From NCBI GenBank assembly GCA_965153285.1, contig OZ229112.1: DNA of 64,000 bases, one strand, 5' to 3'. Positions 24,257 through 36,999 of this stretch are shown here, piece by piece (position 1 is the first letter of the stretch; every line of letters begins with the position of its first letter). Both the position numbers and the translations under genes were made by a program. The stretch is from Podarcis tiliguerta. Its lineage: Eukaryota. The notes below the pieces were generated by a model, which worked only from the letters and a program-made list of their open reading frames with translations, did no database searches and had not been told where the DNA came from.

Positions 24257-26128
24257 TTTGACATATAGTTTCTGCCTGAGCCCTTCCTCTTTCTTTTAAT
24301 TTTTATTCCCAGGCGAGTTTGAAAATAGTATGTCATTTATTACCCAGTAGTGCCACCCTTCTATGCACCAATAAAGGCAACACATATATAATGAGCTGGC
24401 AACCTCTTGGCATACGGGAGAGTGGGTCAGAAATCAAACCCACACCTCCCACATGAGCAGTACAGAGCACTAGGACCGTGCTCTTTTTATCATAAAATTT
24501 TCACTGCAGGTTGAACTACTACATTTATTCACATTTTTACAAATCCTGTTCATTGTACTCTATGCCCCGGTGTGACATAATACTTACACTTTTAGAATTT
24601 AGCCAAAGTCTCCTGTAATGCATATATTAATGCAGCCAAGACATAAAACATCCTTGCTCTCAGTGGCATTAGCTAAGATAGTTCATTCTTGAAGAAGCCT
24701 TCGTGCTGAAACACTGAAACTACAGCAGCCGAGGGTAATGGTAAAGGTCACTTTCCACTCTATGAGATTTCTGATCCACTACAGGACGAATTAATGCATT
24801 TATCTTGGAACTAATCCCACTGGGATATCTCTTTTTCTCTGCTGATGATATAGTGGTGGGGTACACCGAGTAAAAGCACTTGATTTGCACAGCGGAGAGT
24901 GTGTGCAACTTCCATTCTTTGCAATCCTTAAGACAAAAATCAATTTGCTTCCATCTAAATCTATGGCATTCTGCGGCCACAGTCCAAAGCAACTTTATAC
25001 ACATTTTAAAGAGCTGTCATAAGCAAAATGCCCAAGTCGGCCTATTTGCTATCAGTAAATTTGCATTATAACTCTTGTATGCATGTATGTGCATATGCAA
25101 CCCTCTTCATCCCTTAATGCTAAAGTTCTCCCTCTCTCTTCCTGGTTGTGTAACCATATGACCATATGGCTTGGTTGTAGCTGTGGCCGCAAGTGATGTT
25201 TTCCACCAATAAACCCTACCTTGCTGACTTCCAGAGTCCCCTTCCAATTCTTCTATGTGGATCGTACTGGTTGATTGCCAGGTACTTCTAACGAATGTAC
25301 CTTCAGTTGCAGAGACTCTGTGTTTCTATTCCAGCGATGAGGCAAGTCTAAGACCACTAACAACCACCCTACTGAAACATAGTGGTGAAGCTAAAAGTAA
25401 CCACAGGATAGGAAACTATACCATATCAACTTGCCGTAAATAACATGTCTGTTAAAGGTGTGGCTCATTGGAGCTTGTCTGAGCATGGAAAGCTCTTAAC
25501 ACAAGTTTTCAAGGGTGTTTGTTGTTGCTGTTAATTCAGTGCTACATATGTACACGTATTTGGTTGACTAAATGAATCCTGCGCTACAATTTAATGTTTA
25601 GTACTGGAGAGAATTTATTTTCATATTTTTGCATGTAGTTTCACTATAGTGTGCATTTTGTACAGATAGGGTTCTTGGATAACTTGTTTATTTGGTTTTT
25701 ATGCATGTGAACCATTTAAAAGCCTATTTTGCAATTAAGCAATATATATATATGTTAATTAAATAATAATAATTGCAAAATTCAGAGAAGTATGAATTTC
25801 AAAGGAGAGCTGTGTTTCAAGTTGCTTATTGGCTTGGGGAAATGCGAATTTGGTAGGCTTGCATTAAACTGAGAAGCATTTCTCCCCCATCCATACTGTC
25901 AACTTCTTCCAACTTCCTTTCTTGTTCTGGACCTTTGATTCTCCCAGCCAGAACCCTTCAACTGATCATGTTAGTCTGGGAGACTGATTGTCCATTGGCA
26001 TTTAATCAAGAGGCAATGAGAGTAGATAAAATGTTCACTTCTGAACCAATCGGTGTTTGACATTCTGCCCCCTCTGTGATTCACCTGTCTAGTAAAAAAG
26101 CAGGAATGTCTAATATGGCAATGATATA

Positions 26129-26344
26129 CAGTGGTACCTCTGGTTACGTACTTAATTCGTTCCGAAGGTCCGTTCTTAACCCGAAACTGTTCTTAATCTG
26201 AAGCACCACTTTAGCTAATGAGGCCTCCCATTGCTGTTGTGCTGCCGTGCGATTTCTGTTCTTATCCTGAAGCAAAGTTCTTAACCCGAGGTACTATTTC
26301 TTGGTTAGCGGAGCCTGAAGCGTATGTAAACCAAGGTACCACTG
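26129..26344 (-). mobile_element. Tc1/mariner-type MITE (CAGTGGTACC family)
   Basis: TA|cagtggtacctc ... aaggtaccactg|TA; reverse-orientation copy of 42997-43221. Confidence 0.92.
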
Positions 26345-26394
26345 TAACTGTAAACCATTTGAGTAACAGACACTTCCTTTTATATAGCAAATGA

Positions 26395-26395
26395 T

Positions 26396-26462
<67 letters not shown>

Positions 26463-26467
26463 CTCTC
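26395..26467. repeat. (CT)n(CTTT)n compound microsatellite
   Basis: Seen directly. Confidence 0.95.
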
Positions 26468-27627
26468 AAGCTGCTAACTGAAACCCACACATACAACACA
26501 TCTTTACCGCTCAGGTTAGAGACGAAGTGCCAACTTTTAAATCTCATATTTGAATTATTTACATATGAAATGATCATATGTCACAACAAACATTTTCAGT
26601 TATTGGGTGTGTCGTCTCCCCCCCCCCCCGCCGGAATACTCTCTGCCATTTTTACCTCACATTTTTCCAGTTCTCCACAAGTACCAGCAGGTTGCCTCCA
26701 TGTGGGAAAAGCTGTGAACTGATCGTGGTTATATTTTTTGAACTAGATAAATAGATAGTCAATGTGACTACACTTTCTTGGTGGTATGAATATGAGATTC
26801 CGGTCCTGAGGTAGATTCAGTTGACATTTGTTTTGTGTACTTCAGTATAATACCTATTTTTTTCATGCCGCTAATGTCTGAAAAGCAAGTGGCTCATTTT
26901 TAAGCACAGGCAACAGCTAAACCTGATAGCCTTTCGTCAAGATAACAATAGCCCCTTGAAAGTTTTTTATGTTAGTACCAGTAGTGCTTAAACAAAAGCC
27001 TTGTCTACTATAAGTAGAAAAAGCCAAGTACCAGATCTAGTTCAGGCTTGTTATTTTAGACCCTGCATGTTGCTGAATATTTTAGGCGCTGCATCCCTTT
27101 CTGGTATAATAGGAAGACTGCGTGCATAAATTTTAGTTGTTTTAAGTCTTAAAAATTGGCCTGTATGAGCAAAAAGAAGTTCTCTTTGAAGCTCTGTAAA
27201 ATCTAGGATTGGTGGGTGTTTATTTCAGTTTGTACTTTTAAGGAGACCTTGACAAATCCTATTTGCAAATGTCTTATTTTCGTTAGCTGTGGAAGTTCCT
27301 TAGGCTGCCAGGATGCTACTTGATATTTTCAGTAAAGGATGTGGCTGACAGAAACATGTAAATAAGGAGCAAACAGACAACTTCAGCTCAGTGAAAAATA
27401 CATAGCATTCTGTCAAATGCTCTTTTATCAGATCTAATTACAATATCTATCCTCAGAGTATAGTCTGGCTGTTCAGTTTATTTTGGTCTCATAAATATAT
27501 TGCTTTGTTTCTGGATGCTTTGCCTGTTATAAGATTACAGACTATGGAGACAGAACGGCCTCATCACAATACTTAGTTCCAATTCCACATAGCATTTGTT
27601 TCTTTGAAACAACTAGCAATGACTCAG

Positions 27628-27850
27628 AGCGCATCCCACAATACATTTATAGCAGTACCATACCACTTTAAACAGTTTTGGCTTCCCCAAAAGAATTCTG
27701 GTAACTGCAGTCTGCTATGGGCACAGAGAATTGTTAGGAGACCCTTCACAGAGCAATTCTCAGCACCCTTAATAAACTACAGTTGCCAGGGTTCTTTGGG
27801 GAGATCTATGCCAGTTAAAGTTGCGTAAGAGAGCTTTAAATGTAAGGGGT
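27628..27850. mobile_element. Palindromic Harbinger-like MITE
   Basis: Inverted arms cttccccaaaagaattctggtaactgcagt / actacagttgccagggttctttggggag and gagaattgtt / gcaattctc. Confidence 0.6.
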
Positions 27851-28277
27851 TGCTTTAGTCCAAGTCTGATCGCTTTGAATGCTCATGCATGCCTCACCTT
27901 ATCAGGTGTATGACACTTTTAGTGTTCCTATGGACATTTATAATTATTAAACTTATCAAAAATAATAATATAGTAGTAATAGCTAGACCACCAACCTTGT
28001 CAGCATTGCTTATATTTCTTAACTTGCCATATTTGGATCAGGGACCCCTTAAAGTTGACAGGTTTAATCCATTCTGAAAGAGCTCCTTTGCCTGCAAATT
28101 TCATTTACTTCTGTGATGAGGGGGAAAGGTTATAGCCATTGGGGGAAACAGAGCTTTGGATTTTACAGATTTGATTTGGACCCAGATAACTTGTTGAATT
28201 GGAAAGACACAGAGCAGGTCAGAAATAGATAGGGTTGCTTCCAAATGCTACAGATACAGATGGCTCGTAACTTACAT

Positions 28278-29185
28278 TGTGATTCGAGGACCCGATCCCC
28301 GCTTGGGGAATGAAGACACGTGGACACAGTATATTAGGTTAATGGGCAAGAAAAGGCCACAATTTTATTGATTACAGCATGTGAGGAGGTATTGGCTTAG
28401 GCATTGGACCACAGACAATTTAACTCCACCCACTCGGAGAGGGGTGAGTCTGATGAGGGGTTAACCACCAGTAGGGGGAGCCTGTTGATGCAAATACAAC
28501 TATAAGCTCTCCCCTGATGTCACCGGGGGTCGTGCCATGGCCCCCCGCCACACAGGGCATTGGACAGGATCCACGACCGCCCGACTCCTTTAACGGAATA
28601 CCCAAAAGTGAAGGGGTAGGCGTTGGCCACACCTTGCCCTTCCATACACCAACAACACATTCCAATGCCTAACCGTCACCCGAGCCCAAGAGGCTCACCG
28701 CCAATACCCTCACAGCTGCAACCAATCTGTAAGACTTCTGATGGTGTCAGCCAGCCATATGTCATTGCCGCGATCTGAAAGATGAACACCATCATCCTGG
28801 AACAAGGCTTGGTTGCCAATTCGGATATCATCGTGCGGGATAACTAGGCCATTCATGAAACGCACTTTGCGCGCTATCACGCGATTTAATAGTTTCCTGG
28901 ATTTTTCAACGGCCATAATGTTATGTGACCCGCACCATACCCTTCTCTTCAAGAGTGAGGACCGAAACAAGGCTGTTCTGGGAAATAAAGCAGCCAACTC
29001 GTCAGCAGTGGCATGAGTTCTTCCCATCGCATGCCACATCTTGAAAACCAGGAAACTCGAACCCACGGTGGTAGCCCCAAGTTAGGAGTGAAGCCGCAAA
29101 TTGCAGACCGGACACGGGCCCAATGGACAATACTGTGACCGCAGATCCAAACTTGTTTACCGAAGTCATAATTGTGCCTGCTGAA
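28278..29185 (-). mobile_element. 3' fragment of a tyrosine-recombinase (Ngaro/DIRS-like) retrotransposon carrying an SGNH-hydrolase ORF
   Basis: SGNH motifs VWICGHS (29132-29152) and DDGVHL (28779-28796), a structured 3' region, AATAAA on the minus strand (28364-28369) and a ...TCACA terminus. The high CpG content contrasts with the flanks. Superfamily assignment rests on the known Ngaro-SGNH association; RT and YR are not in view. Confidence 0.75.
28710..29160 (-). pseudogene. Transposon-encoded SGNH/GDSL-type hydrolase ORF, internally deleted and frameshifted
   Basis: One frame reads KQVWICGHSIVHWARVRSAICGFTPNLGLPPWVRVSWFSRCGMRWEELMPLL. After ~29005 another frame reads ADELAALFPRTALFRSSLLKRRVW...HDDIRIGNQALFQDDGVHLSDRGNDIWLADTIRSLTDWLQL*. 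The block III (GxND) region is absent. Confidence 0.82.
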
Positions 29186-30729
29186 AGCTGAGGTGAAGAA
29201 GCCCTGTGTGGGGAAGCACTGGAGTCAGAAAGAGGAATTAAAAACCTGGTTCCCTCAGCTTGGAAGGGAGCAGAAAGGCAGACAGAGAAAGAGGCAGGCA
29301 GAAGTTGTGGCTCCATTCCAGAGCCATTCCGGCATTTGTCTTTTGCGTTCAGCTCTCTCCTCCTTCTGCAGCCAGAAACTTGCTATTTCTTCTTCCTCCT
29401 TCTGCCTGTAGAGTAGTTTTAAAACTAAACTAAGGGGAAATGTTGTCAAGTGATGAGGTGTATCCAATTTGTAAAGGCTTCTCTTTTAGGGGCAAAATGG
29501 ACTTAACTTATGGAACTTTTTACCACAAGTTAAATTAGTTTCTCACTGACACTTCTACATGCTCCAAGATGCAGTTATAGTAGATGATATTAAAATGTAA
29601 GACATTTCTGTATGATCTTAGAGGAACAGTAATACTGGATCCAGGTGGATGGTCTATATAACTCCTCTAATATTACTACTTTTTCTGTGTCAGAGCTCCT
29701 CAGACTGTTCTATAATAGGCTCAAAATGAAGCTTTTTCCTGGTGGGTTAATGATATGAAGTGCTGGGGGAAGCTTCAGGAGCTGAATTCTCCCTTTCCTT
29801 CAATTGCTGAAGGTGAAAACATGAAGGTAGCAATCCTGATATCTGATCAGGGCTAGACTGATCTTCAACAAGGTTTTAACAGTGTAAATGAGAATACAAT
29901 GAATTTATTCCTCTGCAGTTTCCATTTAAAACACTTGGGACAACCCATGATTGAATGGATGCAGTGAGCATCCTTCAGTCATACTTGAGAATGTGATGAG
30001 GACTCTGTCAAGGTAAAATGGAACAGCAGTTTACTTCTTTTCTGAAAGATAGATTTTTAGAAATGAATGATTCTGCATGAGAACACTGGATGACAGACAG
30101 ATCAAAATTTCTTTAAACTGCAGAGATAAAGCTGTAATGCCAATCTTACTTTCTCAGCTGTGACCATGGTAAACCAATTACTTACATTAAGTAAAAAGTG
30201 CAATTGGTTATATGGAAAATTTTATCATTGAATTTCATCTTTATTAAATATCTTCTGCAGCCACCTTCTTAAATAAAGTCAAACTGAGACCTCTGATAGC
30301 AAAGGAATTATATCTGAGCACACATTAAAATCACTGGATTTTGCACAGATCTCCCAATTTTTGGAACTTCATGAAGTAGTTGGCAAGCTACATTGCTTGC
30401 ATTACTGCCAAGAAATACTATTTTGATACACATGATAACCAAGATTTATATAATTTATTTCTGTTATCAGAGTTGTTTGCAGAGATCATTTAATAATTTT
30501 TGAGCTGTTCTATGTAATATGTTGTTGTTGCAGCTTTAGAATGGAAACAAACTTAAGTGTGTTGCTCTACTAAGTGGGACAAATATTTTGATTTTAAATG
30601 AAAGAAAGTAATAGAGATTGTGGTGCAGTGTTATATACCACTTACTTAATAAATGTACAAGAAACAGGAATACTACCATAGTGCAGCCATTACTAAGACA
30701 GATCAGTAGAGTTGATTACCAGATGTCAT

Positions 30730-30944
30730 TTATTGCTTTAGGAAACCTAAAGACCACACCTTCATCCAAGCATGGATTCTAAGGCAATATATATAAAAAT
30801 TCAAAATGTCAATACAACATTGACAACACAAATCAAAACAGCATAATAAAATCTGATAACAAACCAAAACTATCGAACCATCTAAAATAATACACTAAAT
30901 TTAGTGCAACCCAGTCAGATGGGCAGGTTACAAATAAAAGTATC

Positions 30945-30989
<45 letters not shown>

Positions 30990-31110
30990 GCCTGGGCAAA
31001 TTAAAAATGTTTTAACCTAGCACCAAAAAGGTAAATGTTGGTACCAGTCTTACCTCCTTCATGGGGGGTATTTGAAAGCTGGGATGCCCATTGCTACTAT
31101 CTTGCAGCTG
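30730..31110 (-). mobile_element. L2 LINE 3' end
   Basis: aagcctgggcaaattaaaaatgttttaacctagcaccaaaaagg...ggtaccagtcttacctcc is the reverse of the L2 C-terminus, preceded by an A/C-rich reversed 3' UTR. Confidence 0.6.
30945..30988. repeat. (TAT)n microsatellite
   Basis: Seen directly. Confidence 0.95.
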
Positions 31111-31429
31111 GTACTCAGAGAAGCCCCCCATCTAAGCATTTTATTAGGGATAACTAGAAATGGAGATATGACGTCTGCACTTGCAATGTGTTGTTTGTTT
31201 CACTTATCCCCTTGCAGTTGCAGTTGGGGAGAGGGGTGGACTTACCCCAGCTCTCTTCCCTACATTTGTATGGCATGCACATTCACACAGGCAGGTACAA
31301 CAATGCATTTAAACACATTTAACTATGTTGGATTATGGCCAATACAGTTGCAGCACAGACATTAATGGCACTTAACTACTAATCCATGTACCTGTGCTGT
31401 TCATTTCCCCTGGATTTGCCCTGATTGCT

Positions 31430-31710
31430 CTCAGTCTGTTGGATCACATGGAGTGGCCATCTAGTCCAGGATCCTGTTTTCAGAGTGGCCAAATGGATGC
31501 CTATAGGAGCCCCACAAGTGCTCTTCCCACCAGCAACTCTCAGCAACTTCCAACACTGGAAATACTACACAGCTATTGTGGTCAGTAGTCATCGATAGCC
31601 TTCTCCTCTATGAATCTAAGACCCCTTTAAAGCTATCCAAATTGGTGTCCACCATTACATATTGCAGCGGCAAACCCCTTAGCTTCACAGTGCACTGTGT
31701 GAAGAACCAC
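31430..31710 (-). mobile_element. CR1-type LINE 3' fragment
   Basis: ggatca...ccatctagtccaggatcctgttttcagagtggcc...gatagccttctcctctatgaat...cccctttaaagctatccaa; same family as 32540-32725 and 44165-44355. Confidence 0.7.
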
Positions 31711-32539
31711 TGTGTGGTTTTATCATCCTTTTCATCCTAGCTGCTCCTGATTTTCCAGCATGCTCTTCCCTAACTTCTTAGGTTGAGATCAGGCTAATGC
31801 TTTCCAGCACCCACCATGCTGCCTTTCAGTTAGTAAACAACAGATACTATAAATTTGCAAACCATCCCTGACAGCTGTTGTTTTCTTCTGGAAGTGGTTT
31901 CAAAGTTGGTACATACTGAGGCTATTGTTTTACGTATCGATAAATTGGGTGCTTTTCTTTGGATGTTTGTTTTTACACTTATATGTAAAAGCAAACATAG
32001 TTCTAGCCACTCTTTGGTGGGGGTGGGGGGAGCTGTACTTATGGAGTGCCATTTGTGCTGTTCATCCTCTAGCATCTTATAAATAGAAGTGCTAAAAGCA
32101 AACAGCTCAGATAATTGAATGTGAAAGGTTGTAGAAATATAAACTGGGTCCATGATTATTTTTTTTTGATTTTTTTTTTTGCTGTCTGCCACCATAGTAC
32201 TTTGCTTTCTTTCTTAAGAAAGCAAGTGAAATGAACTACTTTTGATTTTACAGCCTGTTGCCATTTGTGATATTTTAGCCATATAGAAAAGCTTCTCAAA
32301 TATTTCTTTAGTTGTGAGGCTAATCACACATACCTTACAGATAAGTCTGGGTCTGTCTGGAAGGGCGGGGGGGGGGAGGCATTCTGAAGTCTGATACCTT
32401 CTGATACTCTTCTTGTTTTTTGCCATGCACCTCTTACTTAAAATACAGGACCACAGAAATTCCAGCATTAAGTGAATTAAGGAAATGATGCACATAAGAT
32501 GATCAACTTTGTCATTGCGTACATTTAATTTACCTATCC

Positions 32540-32725
32540 TGGCCCATGATCAGAGGCAACCTGCCTCCGAATACCAGTCACTAAGGAACTACAGTGGGAG
32601 AGATCTATTGTGCTCATGTCCTGCTTGTGGGATTTCCATAGGCATCTAGTGAGCTCCTGTGAAAAGCTAGATGATGGACTTGATAAGCCTTTGGTCTGAT
32701 CAGGGGGACTCTTCTTACACTCTTA
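32540..32725 (+). mobile_element. CR1-type LINE 3' fragment
   Basis: gaggcaacctgcctccgaataccagt...gatgatggacttgataagcctttggtctgatcag...ctcttcttacactctta. Confidence 0.65.
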
Positions 32726-34107
32726 TATTCCTATTCACCGGGGCACCTGTTCCTGGTATCCTAATGCCACTACACACCCACATGGTTTCCTACCCAAAGA
32801 TAGTGATAGTTGTGGCAATGGAACACACTGGTACTAATTTTGGTGGTTCAAGGCCCATCACCCCCATCACCTTCTGAGTGGTCCACTTGTAGAAGTAATT
32901 GCTGACCAGGGAACAAAATGAATTATACAAAATACTGCCAAGATTTTGGCAATATTCTTCTTTCTACAGGAGCTCAAGGATTCCTCCTTTCCACCTCTTC
33001 TCCAAAGGCTTGAAAGACTAGGGCCAGTGACTGAGCTTGTTCATATTCTGATTTGCTCCATAACATTTTGCCTGCATTATCTGATATAATGAATTCTCCC
33101 AAACACAGCTGGTACAGCACAACTTGAGGACTTCTTCCCAGTAAACACACAGGGATGTGTCTTAAGCTATGCCCCTTTCTCAAAATTTAAGGTGACCTGT
33201 GATTCCAGATGCATTAATATTGGATGGAACCAGTATGTTGTTTATGCAAACTGCTATTGCCTGCTGATCTTTGAGTGACAGAAGATTTTGTATGCTGGTT
33301 TGTCTAAATGAGGCTCTCTGAAGCCACTACGGTATATTGAGTTCAAATAACAAAAAATACTTTATCTGTTTGTCCATTTCAAATCCTTTCTTTCCTAATG
33401 GCTTTGACAATGTCCTATAAAAGTGAAAGAAGCATAAATGGAGGGGGGTTGTAAAAAAAATAAAATCAATATTTCCTGTCAGAAAAACCTATTGGATAAG
33501 CACAATGGAGAGATTTCTAGATAAAATGTCACAGCGCATGTATGTGTCTGTGTCTGTTTGGGAATGATCACTGTGTGCCTTTAGGCTGGCAAAGTATAGG
33601 CTCTGAATATCAAACTAAGCTTGGACTATGTCTTGTAGATATAGTACTGAAAGAGAAAGATGCTCTCTCAAGTCCATCTGTTAAGTCCTTATTTCCTGAC
33701 TTTTATTTAGCTACTCAGGAGATGGCAAAGGTTTAGTTTTCTGCGAGGAGCTGAGCCTGTGAACAGGGGCAGGGGGAAGATGTGCTGTTGTTCCAACAAG
33801 CAGTTGAAACTTCCAGTCAGGGTGGTTGCAATGGGTGTACAGAATGAGGCACTGAGGAAAGAGGAAGGCAGGCCCAGACCACTAATGAGATAAGTACCCT
33901 AAGGGATGCTACCAATACAAGCCTTTTCCAGAGACCTGAAGCAATGTGTGAGGTGCATATTGCAGAGATTATTTGAAAATGGAGTGCAAAGCTTGAATGT
34001 GTGACTGGCATTCAAATGAGGATGCAGCAGGCTGCTGATAACTCTGCATGCTGCTTCTTTTAGGTTTGGAGTCGATTGCTTCAAGACATACACACAAAAG
34101 GGAGAGG

Positions 34108-34109
<2 letters not shown>

Positions 34110-34158
<49 letters not shown>
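34110..34158. repeat. (GA)n microsatellite
   Basis: Seen directly. Confidence 0.95.
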
Positions 34159-34160
<2 letters not shown>

Positions 34161-34987
34161 CACACATTCACAACACAGGGTGGCAACTATTGCTGGCAGT
34201 GGATAGAAATATATTCTTCCACTTTTATCGTAACGCTCTTCCGCATGATGAAACTTGACTGTGTTTTCTCTCAAATCTCTTTTGGACGCTGTTGTTGGAA
34301 AAGAATGCAAATAAATCTACTTGGGTGCATGTTGCGCTTTCATAGTCAGGGATGAAACTGATACACAGTCTGTCTAAAGATGAATAAACAGGGGCCATTT
34401 TTAGGCATCCATTCCTCAATTACAATGAATGTGTGGAAAGGTCAGCCTGACCTCTCCCCTGAATCTAAGTGTATTAAACCGAATGCCTTAACTGAGCCTT
34501 CTGCACATACAGCTCTCACAGCAGTGTGAATGTGTGTTCGTTCGACATGGTGAATCAATAAGTGGAAGGGCTGAGAATGAATAACTGAAAGGGGCTAGGG
34601 TCTTTGACTTATCTAAATGCATTTTTTTAGTCTGTATGGCAAAAAAAGGGGGGGGTCTTCCTGTATTTTTCTATCAACATTCTAGTCCATAGGATAATGC
34701 ACTCTAGCGTAATGGTACAAGAAACAGGTGCCTACAGTTTAAAAATAAATGAATGAATCTTCTTCTTAAAAACCTCATTATATGTAAATTTGACAAGCAA
34801 CCACATTTCACACAGCATTCAATAATCAAATTTAGGTAGCAATAACATACCGTAATTTTCTAGAAAGGAAAATACTGAAATATTTCCAAAGGAAGAATGA
34901 CTTTGAGAGATTCTGGATCTGGCGCAACAAGTGAGTAAAAGCTCTAAACTGAGAATCACCTGAAGGGCTAGTTTACATAATCAGATA

Positions 34988-35445
34988 CAGTGGTACCTTG
35001 GTTCTCAAATGCCCTGGTACTCAAACAACTTGGAACCCAAACACTGCAAACCCAGAAGTAAGTGTTCCAGTTTGCAAACTTTTTTCGGAAGGCGAACATG
35101 CTCTGTTTTGAGTGTTACGCTTCCGATAGTGTTACGCTGAGGTCTGTCTGTTTTTGCGACTTTTTTGTTTTGTTTTTGCGACCGTGTGAAAACCATTTCA
35201 ACGACTGATTGATTGATTCTGTGACTACAGTACATTGTTTATTGCTTTCATTTTATGGATCAATGGTCCTGTTACATGGTAAAGTTCTTGTTAAATTGCT
35301 GTTTTAGGGGTTGTTTTTAAAAGTCTGGAACGGATTAATCCATTTTGCATTACTTTCTATGGGAAAGCACTCCTTGATTTTGGAATGCTTTGGTATTGGA
35401 ATGGACTTCTGGAAGGGATTAAGTTTGCGAACCAAGGTACCACTG
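34988..35445. mobile_element. Tc1/mariner-type MITE, long variant (458 bp)
   Basis: TA|cagtggtaccttggttctcaaa ... tttgcgaaccaaggtaccactg|TA. Confidence 0.92.
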
Positions 35446-36600
35446 TATGCCTAGCAAAGCTGAATTAACAAGGAGCCAGGAAGGGGCCCCAGACTTTAAG
35501 TTATTTTGTTTAAGTAACTATTGACCTCCTAGAAAGAATGTTAGGAAGCAAAACTAGCAGGCTGCTCCCACCTTTCAGTGTTTTTAGTCAATGGAGTAAA
35601 GTCAGAACTGTGATTGATGAATGAGTTGTTTCAACACTAGGAGATAGGAATCCCAGGTCCTAAAGAGCTGAAGAAAGCAGTCATGTCATTAAAAAAAAAT
35701 GATAAATGCAAATGATCAAAGATCCACATGGAATACAGATAAAAGACATAATGAGTCCACTTGATTTTTGACTGGATTGGTAATGCTCAGATAAATCATT
35801 CATCCCCAGATTTGATTGTTTTTCATGTAACCGCAGGATCACAATACTTTTTACGTAAAAAGTTAACTGAAATGCAGAAAGATATAATAAATGGAGTTGC
35901 AATGTTAATCACTTATGTTACTAGAAACCACTTTCTGAAAAATGTAATGGTTAAGCTGTACTAAAAGCCTTAAATGATACATCCCTTGATTCTCGTGTTC
36001 CCTATACTCTAGGGAACTGTAGCAGAGAAGCCATAGTGCTTTGATTTTGCTTAGAGAAGAGCTTCATTTCACGGATTTCTCTCCTCTGTTTCCTGAGACG
36101 ACTGGCATATTTTCTCAGGTAACAGAGCTCGAAGTGGTAATTAAACTCACATTAGTTCTACTCCAAGTTTTACAATAGCTTCCAAACAATATGCTGAGGA
36201 ACAAATAAGCACCTATCAGCTTCCTAATGAGAAAGTCAGGCTGCCTTATAATGTTTTTTAAAATGCTATTTAAGTTGAATTGTGGATGAACACATCCGAC
36301 TTTCAGAGTCATTCATATAAGTGAGAGGAAGCATAAACGACACTCAAGTGGGGTTCACTGCCAATATAACTTCTGCTGAGCATTAGGAAAGGAAGGGATG
36401 TTAGGGATACTTTGGTGATTTTCGGTAACATACCTCAGCTTCAAATGCACTGATTTGTAGGCTATTCTACAAGACAACTCATGTGTATCGCCAAACTCAT
36501 ATCTGTAAGGAAAACTCATGTCACTGTAATTTGTTAGGTCAGGGGCCACCAACCTTTGGAGGCCTGTGGTTATATGTGCAAACTGAAGAAACTGTCCTGG

Positions 36601-36604
36601 ACAC

Positions 36605-36637
<33 letters not shown>

Positions 36638-36651
36638 AACACAAACACACA
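36601..36651. repeat. Imperfect (AC)n microsatellite
   Basis: Seen directly. Confidence 0.9.
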
Positions 36652-36999
36652 CCACAACCTATTCTGATAGCTACAACAGAATGGTTCTTCCAGACCACTG
36701 CCATCATAGGAATATTCTCAACCCACATGGAAGTAAAAGAGCTCATGAATTAAAAATTGCAAGAAACCACTTACCTGTGAACAATCAGATATTGTTGTCA
36801 TGTGAATGCTAGGCACACAGGGACTAGCACATAAGAATAGCACTTTAAAATATGCCTGGTCTCACTGAACCTCATACAGGAAAGTGCTCATGTAAATCAG
36901 CTTGTGTTTTTGTATTCTGTAGTTGTTCCAGTCACTCATATAAAGGGTTCCTTTTAGACAAACTATCGATGTTCCTTTTAGATAAGTACCTATGATTGA

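Noticed and set aside
28450-28470. CTGATGAG in the retroelement 3' region as a hammerhead core
   Set aside because: No GAAA after the following stem and no stem III/NUH.
35332-35341. GGATTAATCC double homeodomain site as an enhancer
   Set aside because: It lies inside a MITE and is probably just part of that element's sequence.
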